The notes below the pieces were generated by a model. The model saw only the letters and a program-made list of their open reading frames with translations. It had not been told where the DNA came from and ran no database searches. From positions 96,001 to 160,000 of the IMG/VR virus record IMGVR_UViG_2061766007_001346: DNA of 64,000 bases; one strand, given 5' to 3'. Shown in pieces: positions 41,230-51,137 of the stretch. Each line of letters begins with the position of its first letter. Position 1 is the stretch's first letter. Position numbers and translations under genes: made by a program. The DNA is from a virus (Duplodnaviria > Caudoviricetes).

Positions 41230-42868
41230 ATGAAGATTTATGTGGTTGGTCCAAGTTGGGATTATGCTAACTGGATCAAAGACGTCGAGTTTGTTCACAA
41301 CATAGAAGACGCACAAATCGTATTATTCACAGGAGGGGCTGATGTAAGCCCCTCCTTATATGGTTGTGCTAAAGACCCAACTGTCTATAGTAGTCCAAGG
41401 AGAGACGAGCAGGAAGTTCTCGCTTTCCGAAAGATGAGACCCGATCAGTTGGCATTTGGTACATGTCGTGGGTTAACGTCGTAGCTCACGTTAAATGGGG
41501 TGAATTGCTGGAAGACTGAGATGTTAATCAGCAGCTAAGCTTGGGCAGTGATGTCCTTGAAAGTTCAGAGACTAGAAACTGAGACTCTTTGAGTTGATAA
41601 TGTTTCCACGAGTACCCCACATTAAAATCATAGATCTTTATGGCTAATGAAATTAAACTAAACTTTATGAGCTACTGCTCGTATTTCGAAGCAAATGGCG
41701 ATATTCATGTTCCTCTTGGATCACATGCGTGTTTTGCAAACGCTATTAATCGAAAAACGATCAGAAAAGAATCTTATATAATCTATCTTTTTAAGGATCT
41801 GAAAGTTGCAAAAAAACATCAGAGTAATTTCTGTCCTTTAACAAAAGAAGAATTAATCTATCATATTAAACAAGCTAGAAGAATATTCAAATTTAACTAT
41901 AATGTTGAAGAAGAGCCGGAAGTACGTAGTGGGGTTGGAGTGTGTCCAGCGTTTAAAGTTACGTTTGACGTTGACGCCAATCATTTCTATCATAGGTATC
42001 TCTTAACTTGGTTAAGATATGCTTATGAGTTTCCGTACAATATGATTCTTCTAGAAGCGTTTCGTCTAAAGAAGTACGCTATTCCAAAGGAAACTCTTCC
42101 TAATCTATTTGTTCTTATAACAAATAGTCTCAAGGACTCCTATTATAGCGATGGCCATAGTATTGGTTGCTCATACGGCAAACACGATATGCTGAAAGAG
42201 GTAACTCTTAAAAAGAACATATCGGAACTCGCTAAACAGAATTCTAACTATGGTTGTTTGAATCAAATATATCCTAGAACAAAAAATAAGGATATTACAA
42301 AACTCACTCGGATAGATCTATCTTATCTGGATGTTGATCAATGGCTTCCTCTGGAAACTTTTGACAAACGTGTTGAGAAATATGTCAAAAATTATAAGAT
42401 TCTAAAAGGTACTAAGTTTTAATGAAGAGATAGTCCGAACTGGGCAGAATTGAATGTTCAGAAGTAGAGGATAAAGAGCCCCTACGATAACAAAATGTAC
42501 AATTCCTATGTGTACTGAATGGTGGTTTGCTTGTTCAAGATTGTGATAATCATGCTGGATGTAATCATGGAATTACTAACGGCAGAGAAACCTTTACAAT
42601 TACTTCTCTTCATCATCAAATGATTTATCCGTTTAATTTGAACAAACGTGATTATGATATTCTATATTGGTCTACCATAAAGCGTTGTTCTTATTATCAC
42701 GGAGACAAAATTAATCCTGAGCGTATTATTCGTGAACCAGAAATAGCTGTTTTTCATAAAGAAGGATTGCCTGTATGCCTTGGTGTACAGGGTCATCCTG
42801 AGATGATGAACTATGGCGAATTGCACGATATGTTAAACGACCTGATTTTGAAATATGCAGTACAGTAG
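41230..42868 (+). CDS. Class I GATase / peptidase C26-like, intron-split (exons 41230-41473, 42498-42868; 204 aa)
   Basis: Splicing restores GTCRG-T|TA-QFLCVLNGG; also FTGGADV, HHQ and GVQGHPE. Confidence 0.9.
41474..42497 (+). mobile_element. Group I intron (IA-like, with P7.1/7.2 insert) carrying an ORF in P8
   Basis: P1 CGUGGGU/GCUCACG with U-G at the splice site; GAAUUGCUGGAA, AAUCAGCAG, UCAGAGACUA, AAGAGAUAGUCC; terminal G 42497; P8 CAUUAAAA/UUUUAAUG encloses the ORF. Confidence 0.92.
41640..42422 (+). CDS. Intron-encoded protein, paralog of 42855-43601; no homing endonuclease motif seen
   Basis: Shared FxxYC, AC[FY], NxCxL, FxYNV, YEFPxN, NLF and Y..NY.ILK motifs. Confidence 0.85.
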   Translation: MANEIKLNFMSYCSYFEANGDIHVPLGSHACFANAINRKTIRKESYIIYLFKDLKVAKKHQSNFCPLTKEELIYHIKQARRIFKFNYNVEEEPEVRSGVGVCPAFKVTFDVDANHFYHRYLLTWLRYAYEFPYNMILLEAFRLKKYAIPKETLPNLFVLITNSLKDSYYSDGHSIGCSYGKHDMLKEVTLKKNISELAKQNSNYGCLNQIYPRTKNKDITKLTRIDLSYLDVDQWLPLETFDKRVEKYVKNYKILKGTKF

Positions 42869-43601
42869 ATTTCTCAATTATTGCACTGTTTTCGGTGGTA
42901 CACTGGATGGTAGAAATATTTGGGTAAATGGTAGAATTATGTGTGATGCTTGTTATCGACAACTTCTTAATAGAATGACCAATCGATCTAAAAAGTATCA
43001 TTCTGATATCTCCATAAAACTTTGTACGGATTCATATCAACCTCTAACTGCACGTCATAACAATCAGTGCTTTTTATCTAGAGTTCAGGTTTCTAGCTAT
43101 TTGCACCAATTAACAAAGATTTATCCGTTTAAGTATAATGTACGAAACGGATCGTATTATAATCATCCTTGTTATATCGTCCATCTTGATATAATGGCAA
43201 CTCGTGCCGTTACGACGATTATTGTGCAAAGCATTAAGAAATTATACGAATTTCCTCAGAATTACTATCTCGCACAAGCATATAAGATGCAACATCTGCC
43301 TAAATTTAGATTCGATAATATTCAGAATCTGTTTATGGCAGTTGCATCTTGTTATGAATCTGAAGGTGATAGAGATCATGTATTTGGAATTTGCCGTAAG
43401 TTCTTAACTATAGATCAAATGCGTAAGCGAATAGAACATATTACTTACGCACGACAACTATATCCTGACTATACTAAGTACTATAATCTGAAAGTACATC
43501 AAGTTCCAGATTATAAAACTGAGTATATTACGGAAAACGCACTTTTCGAAAAGCATCTTCCTCAGTATATTAACAATTATCGCATACTAAAAGCACGATA
43601 A
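42855..43601 (+). CDS. Hypothetical protein of the amidoligase cluster
   Basis: Paralog of the intron ORF. Confidence 0.8.
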   Translation: MQYSRFLNYCTVFGGTLDGRNIWVNGRIMCDACYRQLLNRMTNRSKKYHSDISIKLCTDSYQPLTARHNNQCFLSRVQVSSYLHQLTKIYPFKYNVRNGSYYNHPCYIVHLDIMATRAVTTIIVQSIKKLYEFPQNYYLAQAYKMQHLPKFRFDNIQNLFMAVASCYESEGDRDHVFGICRKFLTIDQMRKRIEHITYARQLYPDYTKYYNLKVHQVPDYKTEYITENALFEKHLPQYINNYRILKAR

Positions 43602-44240
43602 ATGAATGTTTTCGTTGTAAAAGGTGGGAAGAATTATACGAACTTTCTTCCTGATGCCACTCTCGTAAAAAAGATGGACACTGCCGATGTTATCATATTT
43701 ACTGATGGACCTGACGTTAATCCCATGTTATATGGTGCTCGTTGCGAACCTACCACAATGTATGATGGTAGCCGTGACATATCAGACATGGCTGTATTTA
43801 ACAATATTCCAAAGGATAAATTGGTAATTGGATTTGGCAGAGGTGCACAGTTTCTTACTGTGATGAACGGAGGAAAATTAATTCAGGAATGCAGATGGCG
43901 TGATGCTTCGAACATTTCACACGATTTGTTTGTAGAAACTAAGGATGGCATTTTTGTTTATCCGAAGATTCAAAGACATCACCAAGCACTGTATCCGTGG
44001 TATACTAAGCACAGGGTTATTGCATACTCTACTAACATCAAATATTATAGTGAGAGAAACGGTGAGATCGATTATCATCTCAACTATAATAAGGGAAATC
44101 CCGAGATTGTTGTCTATGATAATCCTGAAAAGCCGAAATGTATTGCCGTCCAATTTCTTCCTACAGTTTACGAAGAGGAACTTCTCAATTATCCACTTAG
44201 AGTTTTAGCAGAACTAATAAATGAGAATACTTGTCGATAA
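43602..44240 (+). CDS. Class I GATase-like pseudoenzyme
   Basis: FTDGPDV; GFGRGAQ (Cys replaced by Gly); VQFLPT (His/Glu lost). Confidence 0.8.
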   Translation: MNVFVVKGGKNYTNFLPDATLVKKMDTADVIIFTDGPDVNPMLYGARCEPTTMYDGSRDISDMAVFNNIPKDKLVIGFGRGAQFLTVMNGGKLIQECRWRDASNISHDLFVETKDGIFVYPKIQRHHQALYPWYTKHRVIAYSTNIKYYSERNGEIDYHLNYNKGNPEIVVYDNPEKPKCIAVQFLPTVYEEELLNYPLRVLAELINENTCR

Positions 44241-45018
44241 CATCACTGTTGGTTCCGATCCCGAACTCTTTATCATCAATACGAAAACTGGCAAAGTTGT
44301 ATCTTCTGTAGGACTTATTCCTGGTGAAAAAGGAAATCCTTATGTAGCTGACGACATGCCAGACGGGTTCGGGTTGGAAACCGACAATATTCTCGCCGAG
44401 TTCAATATTCCTCCGGTGAGATCACGACTGGATTTCATTAACAGTATCAATTACATGAAACGGTACATTGATGCATTTGTTAAGAAGATTAATCCAGACT
44501 ATGGAATTAAGTGTTCCGCATATGAAGTCGTTGACGCTGATCAACTGCAAAGTGATCAGGCAAAATTGTTCGGCTGTATGCCGGATTATAACGTTTATAC
44601 GGAATCCGAAAATCCTGCGCCTAAGGGCACACAAACAAATGGTAGATCCAGCGGTTTCCATATCCATCTCGGGTATGCCCGCAACAATGTCGATACGTCT
44701 CTGAAAATGATTCGTTATATGGACATGTTCCTTGGACTGCCGTCTATTCTCTACGATAAAGACACACGCCGTCGTAGCTTATATGGTAAAGCTGGTGCAT
44801 TCCGGCTGACGCCATATGGCTTAGAGTACCGTTGTCTGTCCTCAGCAATGTACGCCAATGACGAATTGATGGGTCTCGTTTGGGATCAATTAATGAACGC
44901 TATTGATGCGTGTAACACGGGTGCTCCACTTGCTGATTCTGGTCTTGTTGTCAAGGCCATCAATAATAGTGATGAGCAACTGGCTAGGACACTCATCAAA
45001 AAATATCTGATAATGTAA
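44221..45018 (+). CDS. phiEco32-like COOH-NH2 ligase type 2
   Basis: GSDPELF, DNILAEFN, FGCMPDYN, GFHIHLG, RRSLYGKAG, YGLEYR. Confidence 0.9.
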   Translation: MRILVDNITVGSDPELFIINTKTGKVVSSVGLIPGEKGNPYVADDMPDGFGLETDNILAEFNIPPVRSRLDFINSINYMKRYIDAFVKKINPDYGIKCSAYEVVDADQLQSDQAKLFGCMPDYNVYTESENPAPKGTQTNGRSSGFHIHLGYARNNVDTSLKMIRYMDMFLGLPSILYDKDTRRRSLYGKAGAFRLTPYGLEYRCLSSAMYANDELMGLVWDQLMNAIDACNTGAPLADSGLVVKAINNSDEQLARTLIKKYLIM

Positions 45019-45021
45019 ATT

Positions 45022-46410
45022 ATGTGTGGAATTTGGGGTATAATTAATACAGAATACGCACCGTTTGACTATAAAACGTTTTGTGTATTAGGTGTTGCAA
45101 ATGACAAACGTGGTGGAGATTCATGCGGAATTTTCATCGATGGAAACGTAGAATATGGTATTACAAAAACGGCTCTGTTCGAAGCATTTTATCCTGGCAG
45201 CAAGCTGCTGCGTCAAACGAAACGGTGTAAGATTGCCATCGGACACGACAGAAAAGCGTCTTCTGGTGGAGTTAGCCTCGAAAAAGCGCAGCCCGTTATA
45301 ATCAAGGAGAATGAGGAAACAAAGTTCGTACTTATTCATAACGGCACAATTTATAATTATGAAGAACTTGCGAAGAAATATATTCCAAACACAAACGTTT
45401 TCGGAATGTCCGATTCGCAAGTTCTTGCACAAATACTGTATCATACCGGATATGACGTATTAAAGGAATATCAGGGTGGTGCAGCATTTGTTGCAGTCGA
45501 TTATAGAAGTGGAAGACCAAGAGTTTTCCTATACCGAGGCGAAAGTAAGAAATACAGTACTAGTGCTGCGGCTGAAGAAGAACGTCCGCTGTTTTTGAAT
45601 TATAAGAATGGAAGGCTGGTTTTCAGTTCCGTTCATTCTTATATTCCAATTCTTGACGGAGGACGTTATTACATTCTCCCCGCCAATGAAATCATTGAGT
45701 ATCGTGATTCCAAGCTCTATATGATAAAGGAAATCGATAGATCTAAGGCAACTCAGGCAAGATGTGCAGTTACCAGTTATGGTTATGGCTATAACTATGG
45801 TGTTCCATCTGAAAATCGTTACTGGGATGACGATGAAGTTGCAACCCCTAATCAGAGTGTAGGAACTGGTTATACTCAGGGAAGTGCATATGTTAGACAT
45901 CTTCCTGGAAAGAATATTTTCGAATACAACGCCAGGCCGATGAGCGGTGGCTATCGTATGACCGGCTATGGTAGGGTCGTTACTGATCCTAAGGAGAAAA
46001 ATTCCGAGTATGTTACCATTAGGGAAGTTTGGTTCTATCATGGTATTCCAATGAAAAGTAAGAATGCGTGGGACTTTGTAACAAGAATGTTTACGGAGAG
46101 TCCTAATTCTTGGGAACCATTCTTCTCCAAAAACGAAAATTTCATTCGGTATTTGAGTGCAGATCCAGTTTATTTCGAAGATAATCACTTGTTACACGCC
46201 ATAGAACCTTTCAAATGGGAGAATTTCACTGGCGATCGACAGGTTTTATTCCAAGCAAGCATTGATATCTATGCTAATGGACAATTCGTGAGAAGAAAAA
46301 CTGGAGTTATTGGAGGCGATGCCAGTAAACAGTTTGATGCATTATTTAATGTCGAAGATAATACTGATTATGACGCATTATGGCAAGTATATCTACAATC
46401 GATTGCGTAA
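45022..46410 (+). CDS. Class II glutamine amidotransferase, copy 2
   Basis: MCGI, RGGDSCG, GHDRKAS, HNGTI. Confidence 0.9.
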   Translation: MCGIWGIINTEYAPFDYKTFCVLGVANDKRGGDSCGIFIDGNVEYGITKTALFEAFYPGSKLLRQTKRCKIAIGHDRKASSGGVSLEKAQPVIIKENEETKFVLIHNGTIYNYEELAKKYIPNTNVFGMSDSQVLAQILYHTGYDVLKEYQGGAAFVAVDYRSGRPRVFLYRGESKKYSTSAAAEEERPLFLNYKNGRLVFSSVHSYIPILDGGRYYILPANEIIEYRDSKLYMIKEIDRSKATQARCAVTSYGYGYNYGVPSENRYWDDDEVATPNQSVGTGYTQGSAYVRHLPGKNIFEYNARPMSGGYRMTGYGRVVTDPKEKNSEYVTIREVWFYHGIPMKSKNAWDFVTRMFTESPNSWEPFFSKNENFIRYLSADPVYFEDNHLLHAIEPFKWENFTGDRQVLFQASIDIYANGQFVRRKTGVIGGDASKQFDALFNVEDNTDYDALWQVYLQSIA

Positions 46411-47612
46411 CTGGTGAACGTATATATGTAAGTGATGCACACAGTGTTGTTGTCAACAAAATTGATGACTGTTTTATTTTTGGTTATACTACTACGCCAG
46501 TAAAGGTGTGCACATTTTTATGGCACGGCTCGCCACAAATGTTCAGCGTACCAGTAAAAAACCGTTGGGAAGTTATCTATGACAATCGCTTTGGATATGA
46601 AGTTGTCAATTTGGACATGTCCAAAAAAGATGCTATATTTGCAAAGTATTGTCGCGGTAGAAATTTTCCATATCATTTTAGAAAAGAATATGAAGCTGTA
46701 AACAATCTGGAAACATTCAAAGATCGACAGAAAGTACGTTATGATTTTGAATTCCCTATTGAGAATTTTATCAAGTACAGTTTCGGTTTGGAATTTGAAA
46801 CTTCCAATGGAATCATTCCAGAGGAAATATGTTTCGCGGATGGGTTGATTCCTCTACGAGATGGCTCCATTAGCGGTAATGAATATTCCACTGTAGTTTT
46901 ACAGGGGCATAAAGGTTTTAACCTGCTTTACCAACAATTGGAAACACTTCGTAAATATACTCGTTTTGATAAAGAATGTTCACTTCATATTCATTTCGGC
47001 GGTTTTCCATTAGAGCCTAAGCGAATTTTATCGCTTTTTAATCTTTGTTGTATAGTACAACGTTCCATTGCTGCACTTGTTCCGAAATATACTTTCAGAA
47101 CATCGCAGTATAAGAGTTCGGGAAAAGACTATTGTAATGCTCTCGGCAGTCCATATACTCGCTTTGAGGATTTCTATGCAGGTTTTACCGGACTTCGGTT
47201 CTTTGGTAGCTTACAGCAACCTCATCCATTGGATATTGATCGGGCTCGCAAATGGAATATTCCCCAGCGTTATTATTGGGTGAATCTACTAAATCTTATC
47301 TGTTATCGAGTCAATAAGACCGTAGAATTTCGCTTACTACGTCCTTCTTATAATCTTGAAAAGATTCTAACTTGGATGTATGTATTTAATGCAATTCTTG
47401 TCTATGCTGAAACACACGATGTTTCGGGTAATGAAAGATTAAACATCTTTCAGATACTTAAAGCTGTATATCCGGCAGATCTTTATGATATACTTGAAAC
47501 ACAACTTTACAAGTTAGAAGTGTGTGTCGCAGAACAAGATAGCATTTGTGATTATATTGGTATGAGAACCGATATCGATGATGAGATTTTCGATCCGAAC
47601 AAGATAATCTAG
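46380..47612 (+). CDS. Amidoligase, copy 2
   Basis: FGLEFET, DGSISGNEY, CSLHIHFG, KTVEFR. Confidence 0.85.
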   Translation: MASISTIDCVTGERIYVSDAHSVVVNKIDDCFIFGYTTTPVKVCTFLWHGSPQMFSVPVKNRWEVIYDNRFGYEVVNLDMSKKDAIFAKYCRGRNFPYHFRKEYEAVNNLETFKDRQKVRYDFEFPIENFIKYSFGLEFETSNGIIPEEICFADGLIPLRDGSISGNEYSTVVLQGHKGFNLLYQQLETLRKYTRFDKECSLHIHFGGFPLEPKRILSLFNLCCIVQRSIAALVPKYTFRTSQYKSSGKDYCNALGSPYTRFEDFYAGFTGLRFFGSLQQPHPLDIDRARKWNIPQRYYWVNLLNLICYRVNKTVEFRLLRPSYNLEKILTWMYVFNAILVYAETHDVSGNERLNIFQILKAVYPADLYDILETQLYKLEVCVAEQDSICDYIGMRTDIDDEIFDPNKII

Positions 47613-47654
47613 GAATCTTCTTAACTGTTGATGGGAAAAGGATAATATATGATA

Positions 47655-47678
47655 AGTCCACCACTTCGGTGGTGGACT
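47655..47678 (+). terminator. Strong UUCG hairpin after the ligase cluster
   Basis: AGTCCACCAC-TTCG-GTGGTGGACT. Confidence 0.55.
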
Positions 47679-47765
47679 ATTATTCCTTCTACGCGGTAGA
47701 AGTACTACAAGGTACACGAAGATGATGAATTTTAAAGTGTAACACAATGAAAGAAATTGATTTCT

Positions 47766-47972
47766 ATGCCTAAAGTTCCAGATTATGAATTGGAACATTT
47801 TAGCGATGATTCCGATTTTAGGGTTACTCAAAAAATCCACCGCAAAAAGAAACAGGTAAAAGAGCAGAAACATTTGGATAAAAAGAGTCATCGGGAGAAT
47901 TGAAAAAAGCAACAAAAAGCTAGAGAGTTGCTCGAAAGTAATTCCGATCCAGATGTTGAAGAAGAAGAATAG
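47766..47972 (+). CDS. Small charged protein (TGA=Trp)
   Basis: MPKVPDYE...REN[TGA]KKQQKARE...EEEE-TAG. Confidence 0.5.
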
Positions 47973-48276
47973 TAATATTCTTAGTGTCGGGTTGGACAGG
48001 ACTAACACTATAAATGGATGGAACCTGTCTGCGTATTTCTGTAAGTCAATAATAGAATGACTTTCAATCCAGTGGCAGAGACTGGTATGGTTCTAATTCT
48101 CAACCATTAAAAAACTGAGGAACTTTTAGGGTATAATTCGCGAATAGTACGGATAACGTAAGCTACACCCAGTCTTATGACTAAAAACGTATAAGTAGCA
48201 TATAAGAAATGAGTAGTTCTTATCCTGTAACACTGTAATCAGGTGCCTAACCAGACGGCATGGTAGTCTGGTTTAT

Positions 48277-48349
48277 GTTGGACTTGGCAGAGTGGTTATG
48301 CACTAGATTGTGGCTCTAGTTTACACCAGTTCGAGTCTGGTAGTTCAAC
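48277..48349 (+). tRNA. tRNA-His(GTG)
   Basis: Cloverleaf with G-1:C73. Confidence 0.9.
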
Positions 48350-48369
48350 CAAAAGTATTAATCTATAAC

Positions 48370-48442
48370 GGGTGTGTAGCTCAAGGGATAGAGCAGTGGA
48401 CTGTTAATCCATTGGTTATAGGTTCGAATCCTCTCATACCCG
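48370..48442 (+). tRNA. tRNA-Asn(GTT)
   Basis: Cloverleaf. Confidence 0.9.
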
Positions 48443-48449
48443 CGGCATT

Positions 48450-48523
48450 GCTCTCTTAGCTCAGATGGATAGAGCAGCAGCCTTCTAAGCTGCGGGTCAC
48501 AGGTCCGAGTCCTGTAGAGAGTA
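48450..48523 (+). tRNA. tRNA-Arg(TCT)
   Basis: Cloverleaf. Confidence 0.9.
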
Positions 48524-48545
48524 CAAATTTTTAAACATTAAAGTT

Positions 48546-48764
48546 ATGTGGATTGTAGTTGCATCAATTGTTTATCTAATTATGGGCCTTATCATTGGAC
48601 GATTGCTCCAATTACGTTACGGCTTCAATGTTGATGAAGATCCTACTCCTGTTTTTGGAGGAGTCTTTTGGCCATTGACATTAGTAGTTTGCTTATGTTT
48701 ATATTTAGGAGGTAAGATAATTAATGTGGTGGACAAAGTGTATACGCAAGTTACTAACAAGTAA
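48546..48764 (+). CDS. Small membrane protein
   Basis: Two TM segments, FWPL motif. Confidence 0.6.
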   Translation: MWIVVASIVYLIMGLIIGRLLQLRYGFNVDEDPTPVFGGVFWPLTLVVCLCLYLGGKIINVVDKVYTQVTNK

Positions 48765-49012
48765 CCTGCAAGTTGAAACTAAGAAGAGCCCAAGAACCAT
48801 CAAAGATTTAGATATTTTTGACGACGTTTGGGTTAGAGATGATGGCGTGGTTTATAAAGGCTGGGTCTTTGACATCAGTAGAAGATGTATAACAATTCTC
48901 TATAACCACGGCCAGTTTGATTACAAATTTCGTCTACCACGACCATTGGTAGTAGAATCTATTGAACAGGGCGATAAAGTACTTTATTGTAATGAGCCCG
49001 CAGAATTGTAGT

Positions 49013-49618
49013 ATGATAACAAAGTATAGCGGAGATAGGTTATTTTTTACATCTGACACACATTTCGGACATCGACATATTTTGGAGTTTTGCCACCGCC
49101 CGTATTCTTCTATAGAAGAACACGATGCGGCTTTAATCGAAAATTGGAACAGTGTTGTTGGTCCGGATGACTTAGTTTTTCATTTAGGTGATTTTGGTTT
49201 TGGTGGATTTCCATTCTGGAAAGAGATCAGAGATCAATTAAATGGGCATATTATTCTTGTTATAGGAAACCATGATTGGAAGAACTTAACTGCCGGTTCG
49301 AAACAGTTATTTGACGATTGTGTATCGCAAGCAAGAATTTTGGTTGATGGACAAACTGTCTATCTTAACCATTTTCCTTATTTGTGTTTTGCACATCAAA
49401 ATCCTACACACAAAGATTATTCCATTCAGTTATACGGGCACGTTCATTCAGGTCCTGTATCTAGTGGATCAGACATTAAGAGATTAGTTTATACCTTTCC
49501 CACACAGTATGATGTTGGCGTAGATAACAATGATTATACACCAGTATCTTGGAAAGAAGTAAAGGAGAAGATAGATAGAAATATTGAGTCATATTTGAGT
49601 CAATATTCGGAGGGATAA
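49013..49618 (+). CDS. Metallophosphoesterase
   Basis: TSDTHFGH, HLGDF, GNHD, HFP, GHVH, DVGVD. Confidence 0.9.
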   Translation: MITKYSGDRLFFTSDTHFGHRHILEFCHRPYSSIEEHDAALIENWNSVVGPDDLVFHLGDFGFGGFPFWKEIRDQLNGHIILVIGNHDWKNLTAGSKQLFDDCVSQARILVDGQTVYLNHFPYLCFAHQNPTHKDYSIQLYGHVHSGPVSSGSDIKRLVYTFPTQYDVGVDNNDYTPVSWKEVKEKIDRNIESYLSQYSEG

Positions 49619-49619
49619 T

Positions 49620-49650
49620 TTTGAAATCTGATGTATTTTTTGTATATTTG
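49620..49650 (+). promoter_or_regulatory. Bacteroidota-type promoter for the suppressor tRNA
   Basis: TTTG (49620)-N19-TATATTTG (49643). Confidence 0.7.
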
Positions 49651-49707
49651 TATAAATATACGATTTGGGGAATAATGTTTATGATGTATTTATAGTCAGA
49701 TATGTTT

Positions 49708-49778
49708 CGGATTGTCAGTTAATGGTAGGCTAGCGGTCTTCAAAACCGCCTGTCAGGGTTCGAGTCCTTGCAATCCGG
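49708..49778 (+). tRNA. Opal suppressor tRNA (anticodon TCA, probably Trp)
   Basis: Acceptor CGGATTG/CAATCCG, G73; anticodon arm GCGGT-CTTCAAA-ACCGC; short variable loop, so not tRNA-Sec. Confidence 0.9.
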
Positions 49779-49791
49779 CTAAACAATTATT

Positions 49792-49826
49792 GCCCCTACA
49801 TGAAAATGTAGGGGCTTATTTTTTTT
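49792..49826 (+). terminator. Intrinsic terminator after the suppressor tRNA
   Basis: GCCCCTACAT-GAAA-ATGTAGGGGC followed by a T tract. Confidence 0.85.
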
Positions 49827-50186
49827 ATTATGGAACAAAACGACAGAGATGAAACACTGAAGTTTGTGCTTCTATTCATTTTTTTATTTGCTGCATTTGT
49901 CGCAGTGGGATTATTTTATATTAAATTTTAAACATATGCTTTTTCTTTGGATTTTTCTCAGTATTTTAGCGTATATTTTCATTGGTGCAATATCATTCTA
50001 TACGTATCAATGTATTGCGTATGGACACACAAACCGGTGGGAAGCAGACGCAGATGACTTTCTTCTTATAATTCTATGGCCTCTTGAAGTTCCATGTGGA
50101 ATTATGTATTTAATCTACAGACTTATCGTAGGAGGTACTAAGGCACTTATTGATTATATTATAAAATGTATTAATAAGGAGTAAAA

Positions 50187-50381
50187 ATGTACTATGTAGC
50201 GTATTCTGTGTGAGTTGGTGATCAAGAAATAAACGATTATCTCATAGAAAGTATAGAGACTGCCGTTAACCTTGCAAGGGATTGAATAAGAGACGGTTAT
50301 GACGATGTGGCTGTTGAAGAAATAATCGTGGATGACGGAGAACAGAAACATCTCGCTTGAATTTACCTAGAACTAGATTAA
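50187..50381 (+). CDS. Small phage protein (TGA=Trp)
   Basis: YSV[TGA]VGDQEINDY...D[TGA]IRDGYDDV; fills the gap between flanking genes. Confidence 0.6.
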
Positions 50382-50780
50382 TAATTCAATATTATGTTAG
50401 CCGAACAAGTTAAACTCCTGTCTGCTCGAGGTGGGAATAAGATAGAAACAATTCTGTATGAAATCAATTTTCTTGCGGCCAAAGGTTGTACCAAGTGGAG
50501 CGGCGTTATAACAGAAGGTGTTTCCAAAATAGTTAATTTCTTTGAGTCGGAGGGTTTTACTGTTACTAAAAGTAAGATTTCACCTCTACTTATAACAATA
50601 TCCTGGAATGACTAAAGAAGATAAGAGAGAACAATACAAACCTCATAATTGGGGACTTTATGAGAATGATCAGTGTATAGGAATTTACAAATCACATAAA
50701 AGAGCTAAGAAAGCTAAATATTTTGCTAAAAGAGAAGCAAGAGCAGATTGGCTTGATTGTGAGTATAAATTAAAAAGATT

Positions 50781-51137
50781 ATGACATACGAACAAACAGA
50801 ACTAGTTTATAAAGACCTATGCAGTAGAGTTCCTTATGGAGTGGCATATCATTGGAAGGGAAAAACAACCGAAGATGATATGCCACACTTTCTCAACGGA
50901 ATGAACGAATGGATGATTTTTTATATTCAACAAGGATTTATCAAACCATATCTTCGTTCTATAGATGATTTGACCGATGATGAAATAAATACACTCGAAT
51001 ATCTAGAGTTTAGACATGATATCGAGGGTTATATGGAATTTGTTCTCTCGAAACATATCGATTGGAGGCATCTAATCGAACAGGGTCTTGCAATTCGTGT
51101 AACTTTAAAAAACGATCCTTATGACACAAGAAAATAA
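50781..51137 (+). CDS. Hypothetical protein, paralog of 51121-51540
   Basis: KDLC.R.PYGV...KPYLR...GLA. Confidence 0.7.
   Translation: MTYEQTELVYKDLCSRVPYGVAYHWKGKTTEDDMPHFLNGMNEWMIFYIQQGFIKPYLRSIDDLTDDEINTLEYLEFRHDIEGYMEFVLSKHIDWRHLIEQGLAIRVTLKNDPYDTRK

Noticed and set aside
49708-49778. Selenocysteine tRNA (UCA anticodon)
   Set aside because: 7-bp acceptor stem and short variable loop; TGA falls at Trp motifs, not Cys sites; no sel genes seen
49779-49830. HDV-like theta ribozyme after the suppressor or other tRNAs
   Set aside because: Only a simple terminator hairpin follows; I could not build a nested double pseudoknot by eye at any tRNA 3' end, though a motif search would be needed to exclude it
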